From Actinobacteria bacterium UBA7524 (lineage in GTDB: Bacteria > Actinomycetota > Coriobacteriia > Anaerosomatales > UBA912), in assembly GCA_002478275.1 (NCBI GenBank), contig DLMY01000050.1, forward strand, positions 1-56,107: 56,107 nt of DNA, written 5' to 3'. Below the pieces are notes generated by a model, which did not search any database, had not been told where the DNA came from, and saw only the letters and a program-made list of their open reading frames with translations. Below are positions 18,839 to 27,566 of this stretch, in pieces (the stretch's first letter is position 1; each line of letters begins with the position of its first letter). Made by a program: the position numbers and the translations under genes.

Positions 18839-19966
18839 GTGAGCGGATACATCGAGAAGCGTGGTCCAGATACCTTCCGATTGGTTGTCGATCTGCCCCG
18901 CGAGTCGTCGGGCAAGCGAGAACGCAAGACCAGGACCTTCCACGGCAGCCTGCGAGACGCCAAGAAGGCACTCGCTTCGTTTGCAGTAGAGGTGTCTCGC
19001 AAGACTGCAACCGACGGCGGCGAAATCACGTTCCGCGAGTTCGTCGAGACCGAGTACCTACCGGCTGCCAGAAACCAGGTCGGAGCAAAGACGTACGAGC
19101 GTTACGTGCAGGTCCTCACCCGCGACGTCCTGCCGCACCTCGGAGGCAAAGCGCTCGAAGACGTGGTCCGACGTGACGTCCAGGCCGTGATCAACGCCGC
19201 TGTCTCCAGGGGCAGGGCGGACAGTCGCGGCAAGGCTCTCTCGCCGAGAACGGTAGTGCACATCTTCCGTGTCACCCATCGCGTGTTCGTGTATGCCATG
19301 CGTGTTGGGCGACTTGACCGCAACCCTGCACAGTACATTGACCTACCGCGGATCGAGGTGCAGGAGCCCGTCGTGCCCGACGTCGACGACATACCGCGTC
19401 TGCTCGCGGTCTTCGCTGGGACGAAGTTCCACCTTCCGGTCTTGCTCGCGGTCACCACGGGCATGCGCCGAGGCGAGGTACTGGGCCTCCAGTGGAGGGA
19501 TGTCGACTTCGATGCAGGACTGCTCACTGTGGCCCGTTCCCTCGGAGCAACGGGAGAAGGTGCCTTCTTGAAGGAGCCGAAGACAAGGCGATCTCGTCGG
19601 ACGATGACCTTGCCTGCAGTGACGCTCGAGGCTCTGCGACGGACCCGGGAGACACTCGGCGAACCCGAGCCCGAGGACTTCGTGGTCCGAGGCCATCGCG
19701 GCGGGTACTGGCACCCCAACCAGTTCTCGTCGGAGTACGCCAGGGCGTTGAAGGAGACCGGGTTCACGTACCGCTTTCACGATCTTCGCCATGCACACGC
19801 ATCCCAGCTGCTTGCCCTGGGGACACCGGTACCGGTGGTGTCGGCACGCTTGGGGTATTGCGATGCGGCGACCACACTGCGCGTTTACGCGCACGTGCTG
19901 CCCGGGCAGGACGGTGCGGCGGTGGAGGCGCTCGACGGGGCGCTTGCGGAGGTGGGGCTAGGATAG
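18839..19966 (+). CDS. Tyrosine integrase
   Basis: GTG after AGGAGGAG; TGMRRGEVLGL.W.DVD, PKT, FHDLRH, RLGY...TTLRVYAH. Confidence 0.93.
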   Translation: MSGYIEKRGPDTFRLVVDLPRESSGKRERKTRTFHGSLRDAKKALASFAVEVSRKTATDGGEITFREFVETEYLPAARNQVGAKTYERYVQVLTRDVLPHLGGKALEDVVRRDVQAVINAAVSRGRADSRGKALSPRTVVHIFRVTHRVFVYAMRVGRLDRNPAQYIDLPRIEVQEPVVPDVDDIPRLLAVFAGTKFHLPVLLAVTTGMRRGEVLGLQWRDVDFDAGLLTVARSLGATGEGAFLKEPKTRRSRRTMTLPAVTLEALRRTRETLGEPEPEDFVVRGHRGGYWHPNQFSSEYARALKETGFTYRFHDLRHAHASQLLALGTPVPVVSARLGYCDAATTLRVYAHVLPGQDGAAVEALDGALAEVGLG

Positions 19967-20094
19967 GCACGCGTCCCTAGCCGCGTCGCGCAGGGGCGGC
20001 TACAAGATGTTGTCAGTGCATCGCAGTATCGTCTCACTAGCATCGATGGCCGGTATAGCCCCAGGCGTATACCGGCCTTGGCTGTTAGGATGTA

Positions 20095-20922
20095 GTGGTG
20101 ACGATACTCGCCAAGACACAGACCCCCAGACCCTTCCTGAAATGGGCTGGCGGCAAGACCCAACTCCTTTCGGAACTGCTTCCGCGGACGCCCGAGGAGT
20201 TCGGCGTGTATTTCGAGCCCTTTGTCGGGGGCGGCGCACTCTTCTTCAGCCTTCAGCCGGATCGAGCAGTGCTGGCGGATGCCAACGCGGAGTTGATCAA
20301 CTGCTATCAAGTTGTCCAAACGTCAGTGGAAGACCTCATCGAGGATCTCATGCTTCACGAGAACGACGAGGCCTACTACTACGCTCTACGGGCCGCTGAT
20401 CCCTCGGCTTTGAGTCCGGTCAGCAGGGCTTCCCGCTTCATCTACTTGAACCGCACGTGCTTCAACGGGCTGTATCGCGTGAATTCCCAAGGCCAGTTCA
20501 ACACTCCATTCGGTCGATACAGGAACCCTCGAATTTGTGACCCAGTGACTCTCCGTGCGGCCAGCGAGGCGCTTCAGAATACTGCGCTGGTTGTTGGCGA
20601 TTACGGGGGCGCGTTGCAGGAGGCCAGAAAGGGCGATTTCGTCTACCTCGATCCCCCATACGTGCCGGTCTCCAAGTACTCGGATTTCAAGCGTTACACC
20701 AGAGAGCAGTTCAGAGAGTCGGATCAGCGAGAACTGGCTCAGGAGTTTCGCCGCCTTACCGAGATCGGCTGCCACGTGATGCTGAGCAACAGTTGGCATC
20801 CCTTGGTGAAGGAGTTGTACGAGGGGTTTCAGATCGATCTCGTGGAAGCCCGGCGGCTCGTCAACTGCGATGCTTCCAAGCGAGGTCCCGTCGCCGAAGC
20901 GATCGTGCGGAACTATGGGTGA
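20095..20922 (+). CDS. Dam-like D12-class N6-adenine methyltransferase (M1)
   Basis: FLKWAGGK, YFEPFVGGG, YLNRTCFNGLYRVN, YLDPPY. Confidence 0.93.
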   Translation: MVTILAKTQTPRPFLKWAGGKTQLLSELLPRTPEEFGVYFEPFVGGGALFFSLQPDRAVLADANAELINCYQVVQTSVEDLIEDLMLHENDEAYYYALRAADPSALSPVSRASRFIYLNRTCFNGLYRVNSQGQFNTPFGRYRNPRICDPVTLRAASEALQNTALVVGDYGGALQEARKGDFVYLDPPYVPVSKYSDFKRYTREQFRESDQRELAQEFRRLTEIGCHVMLSNSWHPLVKELYEGFQIDLVEARRLVNCDASKRGPVAEAIVRNYG

Positions 20923-21982
20923 CTCATTGCCGCTCCGGCCAGTGGATCAAGCGCTACGTCAGATGGGCCGCTTCCCTGCGTCGCGTTTCATGGGAAGCAA
21001 AAGGCGCATCTTGAATTTCCTGCATGACGCGTTCATGCAGATCGAGTTCGGTACTGCGCTGGATGCGTTCTCGGGGGGAGGCTCCGTCTCCTACCTGCTG
21101 AAGAGCATGGGCAAAGCAGTCGACTCTAACGACTACCTGGCCTATGCACAGGTGGTCGCAATGGCAACCGTCGAGAACAAGTACGCGGTTCTCGACGAGG
21201 CAGATATTGAGATGTTGGCTAGCCCGTCCCGTCAGGCGCCCACCTTCATTCAGGACACCTTCAACGGTCTCTTCTTCACACCTGAAGACAACGCGTTCTT
21301 GGACCTGGTCTCAGGAAACATCGACAGACTGGCCGATCCCCACAAGCGGGCGATCGCCCGTGCCGCTCTATGCCGTGCCGCACTGAAGAAGCAGCCGAGG
21401 GGTGTCTTCACGGTGGTCGGTCACCGGTATGACGATGGAAGGGCCGACCTCAGCCGCTCGATGAGAGAGCAGTTCGTCCGTTCAGTCTTGGACTACAACG
21501 AGGCCGTCTTCGACAATGGGCGCTCGTGCCGAGCAGCCCAGGGCGACATCATGCAGCGCCTGGAGGCCAACTACGATCTCGTCTATCTCGATCCTCCCTA
21601 CTACTCTCCGCACTCCGACAACGACTACCTCAGGCGCTACCACTTCGTTGAGGGGCTCGCGACGTACTGGACCGCGGCTCCGATCATCGAGACCTCCAAG
21701 ACCAAGCGTCTAGAGCGGCGTCCCACGCCTTTCGCGGCGCGGAAGTCGATCTATGGGGCCCTGGACACGCTGTTTGAGAGGTTCAGCACCAGCACTCTAG
21801 CCGTCTCGTATTCGTCGAACTCGATTCCCACTCGGGAGGAGCTAAGCGAGATGCTGCAGAGACACAGTCGGAAGGTAGAGGTCTTCGACGTAGACCTCAC
21901 CTACAGTTTCGGGACTCATTCTCACAAGGTGGGTGACAACCGCAACGCAGTCAGCGAGTTCCTTTTCGTGGGACGACCATGA
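20915..21982 (+). CDS. Second D12-class N6-adenine methyltransferase (M2)
   Basis: RFMGSK, DAFSGGGSVS, YLDPPY, YHFVEGL; overlaps M1 stop. Confidence 0.9.
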   Translation: MGDSLPLRPVDQALRQMGRFPASRFMGSKRRILNFLHDAFMQIEFGTALDAFSGGGSVSYLLKSMGKAVDSNDYLAYAQVVAMATVENKYAVLDEADIEMLASPSRQAPTFIQDTFNGLFFTPEDNAFLDLVSGNIDRLADPHKRAIARAALCRAALKKQPRGVFTVVGHRYDDGRADLSRSMREQFVRSVLDYNEAVFDNGRSCRAAQGDIMQRLEANYDLVYLDPPYYSPHSDNDYLRRYHFVEGLATYWTAAPIIETSKTKRLERRPTPFAARKSIYGALDTLFERFSTSTLAVSYSSNSIPTREELSEMLQRHSRKVEVFDVDLTYSFGTHSHKVGDNRNAVSEFLFVGRP

Positions 21983-23865
21983 AGACGTGGAATATCGGCA
22001 ATACGACGGTACGCAACCCTTCACGCATCAGGGATGGCCTCGCTGTCCTGAGCGCCGGCTTCGCTGGTTGCCAGTGGACCGCAGAGGCGGAAGAGGAGTT
22101 CTTCGGCGCATTGGTTGAGGCGGGCGTCTACGTGCTCAGCGGAGCGCCTCTCGCTGGTACTTCTGCTGGTCAGGGTGGACGCAAGTGGGCGTCCGCCTTC
22201 AATCAACTCGGATTCGCACGAGCGTGGCGTCGCACCGGCGCAGTTGAGATCACTCCCGTGGGCCAAGCCCTGCTGGGGGCGGAGAGTGAAGACGAGATCA
22301 ATGAGGTCTTCCTTCGCCAACTCCTGAAGTACCACCTGCCGTCCGCAATTGAGCATGACGGGAAGTTCGCAGGGTTTGACATCGCGCCCTTCTGGCTGTT
22401 CTTGCGCATCATGGCCGCTCTTGCCCAGAGCAACGAGCGAGGTCTCTCTAAGGAAGAGATTGGCCTGTTCATCGTCACGACTATCAGAGATGGAGACGAT
22501 GACCGCGTGCTCGAAGAGATCCGCGCATACAGGGCGGAGCGCGATGCGTTGGTCGGAAGGGTGGCCAAGGGCCGATACGACGGGCTTCGCCGTCGGCAGA
22601 AAGTGGAGAGCCTCTACGCCGCAGAGGCCAAGGCGAAATACGGCGCGCTCGAACGGGCACGCGACACCGCTCTCTCGACCCCCGAAGGGATCGACTCACC
22701 AGAAGTCCTGTCGCTGCTTGACCTGGTGATCGCAACAGGCAAGGGATCCAGGACTCAGCGAGCCCTCCGACTGCGTGCAGCGCTCCTAGATGGCCTACGA
22801 GGGGGTGCTTCACAAGACGATCTGTGGCAACTGGCTAGCGACACCTGGGCGACGACCAAAGGGCGCAGCCTGTTCGACTATGCCGATACCGCCGTACGCT
22901 ACTTCGCCCTAAGTGGGCTGTTCAGTATCGCGGGATCGAGGGTCGTTCTTCGTGAGAACTCGCTCGCCTTCGCCGAACAACTCCTTGCCCAGGGGGAGTC
23001 TCCCTACGACGAGCAGCACTACCTCGAGGAGTTCTACGACCCCTCATTGCCGATCTTGCCGAGTGATGATGTCTCGTTCTTGCTCGCCCAATACCGCTCG
23101 ATGCGAGGACGACTGGGAGTCAGTAAGAGCGAGGACGATGGACTTGAGGCGCGGGAACTGAAGCGGCGGCTCAGCGAACTGCGGTCCCAACTAGCGGAGC
23201 GCCAGGAGAATGACTTCTACCTTCGGCAGGCGGAGAGCCTGCCTGATATCGAGCGGTTCTTCGAAGAAATTGAAGACGGCAGTCTACTGGGGGGCTCCGC
23301 GTATAGGCCCGCGTTCTACGAGTGGAACATCTGGCGCTGCTTCCTCGCAGTCAACGAGATAACCTGCCCGATCTCGGAGACTAGGGGCTTCAAGATCGAT
23401 GAGGAGATCTACCCAGTTCACCATGCTGCGGGCGGCCAACCAGACATGATGTTTCGATATCGCCACGGCGTACTTGTCGTCGAAGCGACTCTCTCTACTG
23501 GCGAGAATCAGTGGGCTCAAGAGCAGGAGCCGGTGCAGCGGCACGTCAAGTCCGTAATGGTTTCGAACCCGGATGTTCACGTGGTCGGCATCTTCGTTGC
23601 TCCTAAGATTGACATGAACACGGCCATCAACTTCCGCAGGGCCATGGGCTGGTTTGGGGATGCGGGGGAGAGGCGTCTTGACATCATTCCGGTAACGACA
23701 GATCAACTCCGGGGTCTCATGCGGCGATTCGAGCACGAAGGCTTCCGTTCAGACCAGATGTTCAATCTCTTTCTCCGCATGCTCGATTTGCGGGACGAAG
23801 TGGACACTGCTGCGGCCTGGCTGCAGGCCATCGACCAAGCGATTCGGGCGGAAGTCATCGTATAG
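21979..23865 (+). CDS. AlwI-family type IIS restriction endonuclease
   Basis: W..GNTTVRNP.R, DYADT..RYF..SGL, EWNIWR, HAAGGQPD...VEATL, EPV.RH, FVAP; ATGA overlap with M2. Confidence 0.88.
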   Translation: MKTWNIGNTTVRNPSRIRDGLAVLSAGFAGCQWTAEAEEEFFGALVEAGVYVLSGAPLAGTSAGQGGRKWASAFNQLGFARAWRRTGAVEITPVGQALLGAESEDEINEVFLRQLLKYHLPSAIEHDGKFAGFDIAPFWLFLRIMAALAQSNERGLSKEEIGLFIVTTIRDGDDDRVLEEIRAYRAERDALVGRVAKGRYDGLRRRQKVESLYAAEAKAKYGALERARDTALSTPEGIDSPEVLSLLDLVIATGKGSRTQRALRLRAALLDGLRGGASQDDLWQLASDTWATTKGRSLFDYADTAVRYFALSGLFSIAGSRVVLRENSLAFAEQLLAQGESPYDEQHYLEEFYDPSLPILPSDDVSFLLAQYRSMRGRLGVSKSEDDGLEARELKRRLSELRSQLAERQENDFYLRQAESLPDIERFFEEIEDGSLLGGSAYRPAFYEWNIWRCFLAVNEITCPISETRGFKIDEEIYPVHHAAGGQPDMMFRYRHGVLVVEATLSTGENQWAQEQEPVQRHVKSVMVSNPDVHVVGIFVAPKIDMNTAINFRRAMGWFGDAGERRLDIIPVTTDQLRGLMRRFEHEGFRSDQMFNLFLRMLDLRDEVDTAAAWLQAIDQAIRAEVIV

Positions 23866-23913
23866 AGCGAATCTCGTGATCAGAAAAAAAATCACCAAAA
23901 AGAGAAAGATCTC

Positions 23914-23941
23914 TTGACTTTTCCATTCCACGGGATAGTAT
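23914..23941 (+). promoter_or_regulatory. Sigma70-like promoter with A-rich upstream tract, for the DGQHR gene
   Basis: TTGACT-16 nt-TAGTAT preceded by A-tracts at 23882-23907. Confidence 0.6.
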
Positions 23942-24044
23942 TCAGTCAGAAGCGCTTCCCAGATGACCGGAGTCTCGAGCCACAAACCGCTGCGACGGCA
24001 GCACTAAACCGGCGAGAGACCCAACAGACAGAAGGAGTAGAGCA

Positions 24045-25163
24045 ATGCCTAGTACTGAAGATGTACGTCATGTCGCCTCAATCGACGCCATTGCGACAGG
24101 CCAAGATGATGTCCGACTGTTCGTCGGCGCAGCAAAGGCCAAGGATCTGATCCGCGTCACGACCGTGGACGAATACAAGCCCAACCTGGACCCGAACGAT
24201 CCTGATCAGGGCTACCAGCGTCCGCCGGAGCGGAGCAGGATCACTCGGATCGGTAAGTACCTCATTAGTGGAGAGGGTGGGGGTCTCTTCCCGACAGCCG
24301 TTCTGCTCGCTGCGAGGTCTCCGCTCGCATATGACCGTCGCGAAGGCACCGTGGAAGTGTCCTCCGATGACCCGCTACAGATCGTGGACGGTCAGCATCG
24401 GCTCGCGGGCCTCAAGTATGCGATCGACGAGAAGGGTGCAGCCCACCTTGGTGAGTACAGCATCCCCGTTGTGATCATGGAGACGCCCGATCGCATCACT
24501 GAGATGAACCAGTTCCTTATCGTCAACGGTACCGCCAAGCAAGTCCGGACTGACCTTGTGAACATGATTCTCACGGCCACGTACGCGGACGTTGACCGAG
24601 GCGATATCCCGAAGCGCGACCTCTGGAAGATCGTTGTAGCCAACGTGGTCGATCGCCTGGCAAAGGATCCTGAATCGCCGTGGTACGAACTGATCGCCCT
24701 CCCAGGTGAGGTTAGCCGAGGTGGAGCGATGCCGATCCGGGCCACATCGTTCATCACCAGTCTGCGGCCCGTGTACCTGTGGCTGAAGGAGGCAAGCGGT
24801 ATCCTCGACCAGCGGTGCAGTTCTACGGATGACGAAATCGACTACATGTACGAGATCGTGAGCGCCTACTGGCGTGCAGTTGCAGACGTGGTGCCGGCTG
24901 CCTTCGAGGATCCCTCGCAGTACGTGATCCAGAAGACGCCGGGTGTCTTCTCGCTGCACATGCTCCTCCGCCACCTCCTCGGAGACATGTACCGCGGTCG
25001 CAGGTCGTTTGATCGTGAGACCTTCGCGGAGTTCCTCTCTGAGAGTCCCGAGGTGACGGACCCAGGCTTCTGGAGCCGGTCCGAGCAGAGGGCGTCTGTG
25101 TTCGGGTCGATGAAGGGATTCCAGGACCTCTACGACATCCTCAAGGAACCCTACGCCCAGTAG
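24045..25163 (+). CDS. DGQHR-domain (DndB-like) protein
   Basis: GYQR, FPTAVLL, IVDGQHRLAGL, QFLIVN; AAGGAG RBS. Confidence 0.88.
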   Translation: MPSTEDVRHVASIDAIATGQDDVRLFVGAAKAKDLIRVTTVDEYKPNLDPNDPDQGYQRPPERSRITRIGKYLISGEGGGLFPTAVLLAARSPLAYDRREGTVEVSSDDPLQIVDGQHRLAGLKYAIDEKGAAHLGEYSIPVVIMETPDRITEMNQFLIVNGTAKQVRTDLVNMILTATYADVDRGDIPKRDLWKIVVANVVDRLAKDPESPWYELIALPGEVSRGGAMPIRATSFITSLRPVYLWLKEASGILDQRCSSTDDEIDYMYEIVSAYWRAVADVVPAAFEDPSQYVIQKTPGVFSLHMLLRHLLGDMYRGRRSFDRETFAEFLSESPEVTDPGFWSRSEQRASVFGSMKGFQDLYDILKEPYAQ

Positions 25164-25182
25164 TCCCAGTTATCGTCGAGAG

Positions 25183-25218
25183 AAAGGGAGGGAGTCCTTC
25201 GGGGCTCCCTTTCCTCTT
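25183..25218 (+). terminator. Intrinsic terminator of the DGQHR gene
   Basis: GGGAGTCC-TTCG-GGGCTCCC followed by TTTCCTCTT. Confidence 0.75.
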
Positions 25219-25230
25219 GGGGCTATCGGT

Positions 25231-25267
25231 GGGTGTCAACTTGGTGTCCGACGTGTCCGACCTGACC
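25231..25267. repeat. Short repeat cluster inside right end
   Basis: GGGTGTC 25231, TGGTGTC 25242; GACGTGTCC GACCTGACC at 25250-25267, inverted relative to 11251-11277. Confidence 0.7.
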
Positions 25268-25318
25268 GTTTCAGTTGTTCCGGGCCTGTGCAGCCGATAT
25301 ACTCGCACGTGCGCTTCG

Positions 25319-25386
25319 AGCCGCCTGTGTGCGGCTCGCGCCACCGCGGAGAGGTGGCAGAGTGGTTGAATGCGGCGGTCTCGAAA
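25319..25386 (+). repeat. Right att repeat (element-supplied tRNA leader plus 5' half)
   Basis: Identical to 11072-11139. Confidence 0.95.
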
Positions 25387-25440
25387 ACCGTTAGGCGGGT
25401 TACCCCCGTCTCGAGGGTTCGAATCCCTCCCTCTCCGCCA
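25348..25440 (+). tRNA. tRNA-Ser(CGA)
   Basis: GGAGAGG/CCTCTCC stem, loop CT-CGA-AA, long variable arm, GGTTCGAATCC, CCA. Confidence 0.97.
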
Positions 25441-25514
25441 TATGCGAACGTGACGACGCCCGTCTTCCGAGGAGGGGAGGCGGGCGTCTGCGCGGACATC
25501 CCGGCGTTCTCGAT

Positions 25515-25562
25515 GTGATAAAAACCTCGGACAATGTTCACAAAGTCCGAGGACTCTATCAC
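25515..25562. promoter_or_regulatory. Inverted repeat, candidate AbiEi operator
   Basis: GTGATA-n4-CCTCGGAC-n12-GTCCGAGG-n4-TATCAC just before abiEi. Confidence 0.6.
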
Positions 25563-25571
25563 AATGTGCGT

Positions 25572-26189
25572 ATGAAACGAACACCATCAGAGAATGCTGT
25601 GCGCGCCGCGGTCGCTGAGTTCAGATCCGCAGGGGGCACGCTTCGCACGCGCGAGGCGGCGGAGCGCGGAATTCACTACTCAACGCTCTATGGTATGCGT
25701 GACGCGGGGTTCCTCGAGCAACTCTCAAGAGGGGTCTACCGTCTGACGGAGCTCCAAGCGCCCAGCAAGTACGACGTCGTGGCGGTAGCCGAGCGAGTCC
25801 CGGATGCGGTTCTCTGCCTTGTCAGTGCACTCGACCTTCATGAGATCGGCACCCAGATACCCTCGGCGGTGAACATCGCGGTGGGCAAGAAGGACTGGCA
25901 CCCGCAGTTCGACTACCCGCCCGTCCGCGTCTACCGGATGTCCGAAAAGGCGCTCACCGCAGGCGTTGAGGAGCACTCGATAGACGGAACGACCGTGAGG
26001 GCGTTCAGCCCCGCGAAGACAGTCGCCGACTGCTTCAAGTTCAGAAACAAGATCGGACTCGACGTTGCCCTTGAGGCACTCCGAGAGGCGTTGCGCAGTC
26101 GAAAGGCTACGCGCGACGAGATCATGAAGTACGCCGAGGTCGATCGTGTATCCAAGGTCGTGCGTCCCTACCTCGAGGCGATGGAATGA
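25572..26189 (+). CDS. abiEi: Type IV toxin-antitoxin antitoxin, AbiEi family
   Basis: wHTH LEQLSRGVYRL; CLVSAL..H; SPAKTVADCFKFRNKIGLDVALEAL. Confidence 0.9.
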   Translation: MKRTPSENAVRAAVAEFRSAGGTLRTREAAERGIHYSTLYGMRDAGFLEQLSRGVYRLTELQAPSKYDVVAVAERVPDAVLCLVSALDLHEIGTQIPSAVNIAVGKKDWHPQFDYPPVRVYRMSEKALTAGVEEHSIDGTTVRAFSPAKTVADCFKFRNKIGLDVALEALREALRSRKATRDEIMKYAEVDRVSKVVRPYLEAME

Positions 26190-27097
26190 GCGAGCGCGAA
26201 CTGAAGAACATCCCTGCGTCTGTTCGTGCGCGTCTGCTGAACGAAGCCAGGGCGAGCGGGAACTCCTACGACCAGGTGCTTCAGTACTTCGCAATCGAGC
26301 GGTTCTTGTACCGGCTGTCGAAGACCGAGTGGAGCGAGCGGCTGATCGTCAAGGGCGCGATCATGCTTCGCGCCTGGGGCACGCCGCTCGGCCGGCCCAC
26401 CCGCGACATCGACTTCCTAGGCAGAATCGACAACTCGCCTCAAGCCGTCGGCCAAGCGATTCGGGAGTGTCTGACTGTCGAGTACCTGGGAGACGGGCTG
26501 GTGTTCGAACCGAACGTCGAGGTCAGCGAGATCAACGTGGCGGACCAGTATCCGGGAGTGCGCGTCGTGGTGGGGGGGAGTCTCGACGGCGGCACGTTCA
26601 AGCTGCAGCTCGACATCGGGATAGACGATGCAGTCGTGCCGGATCCGGCATGGGTCGAGTATCCGACGCTTCTCGACCTGGATGCACCGAGAGTCCTGGC
26701 TTACCAGCCCCTGACCGCCGTGGCCGAGAAGTCAGAGACGATCGTCGCGCGGGGTCTTACGAATAGCAGGCTGCGGGACTACTACGACCTTTGGTTCCTG
26801 TCGACGTTGCGATCATACGACGGCGTGGAAGTAGCTGCCGCGCTAGAGGCGACCTTCCGCCATCGGGGCACGATCTTGCCTGCGGAGGTCCCACCCGGAC
26901 TCTCGGACGCTTTCCATGGCATCGTTGCGAGACAGGCCGGGTGGCGCACGTTCCTGTCGAACGGCGGCATCGAAGCCCCATCGAATCTTTCCGATGTATG
27001 CGACGCGATCATCCTCTTCATCATGCCGCCTGCCGCCGCAGCAGCAGCTGGGCAGGCCTTTGAGCGAACCTGGGAGCCGACCAGAGGGTGGGTATGA
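26186..27097 (+). CDS. abiEii: AbiEii/AbiGii nucleotidyltransferase toxin
   Basis: ERFLYRLS, KGA, RPTRDIDF, AEK, NSRLRDYYD; ATGA overlap. Confidence 0.9.
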   Translation: MSERELKNIPASVRARLLNEARASGNSYDQVLQYFAIERFLYRLSKTEWSERLIVKGAIMLRAWGTPLGRPTRDIDFLGRIDNSPQAVGQAIRECLTVEYLGDGLVFEPNVEVSEINVADQYPGVRVVVGGSLDGGTFKLQLDIGIDDAVVPDPAWVEYPTLLDLDAPRVLAYQPLTAVAEKSETIVARGLTNSRLRDYYDLWFLSTLRSYDGVEVAAALEATFRHRGTILPAEVPPGLSDAFHGIVARQAGWRTFLSNGGIEAPSNLSDVCDAIILFIMPPAAAAAAGQAFERTWEPTRGWV

Positions 27098-27182
27098 CGT
27101 ACCGAGGGAGTCCCCGGCGCGGCGGCTCGCAGTAGCTCCCGCCGCTCAGGCCGAGTGGCGGCCCATGGGTGACCCGCTACCC

Positions 27183-27524
<342 letters not shown>

Positions 27525-27566
27525 TCAGCATCCTTCCTTGTGTCGCGCAGGTTTCTCGCGCGTTTC

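Larger units (their letters stand above)
11072..25386. mobile_element. Integrative element / defence island inserted in tRNA-Ser(CGA)
   Basis: 68-bp direct repeats at both ends; contains tyrosine integrase, primase-ATPase and restriction genes. Confidence 0.9.

Noticed and set aside
12485..19966. Prophage
   Set aside because: No terminase, portal, capsid, tail or lysis genes recognised
24045..25163. Dnd phosphorothioation or Dpd system
   Set aside because: No dndCDE, dpdA or related genes in the window
27098..27182. tRNA 3'-end repeat that would bound the AbiE pair as a second island
   Set aside because: No such repeat found
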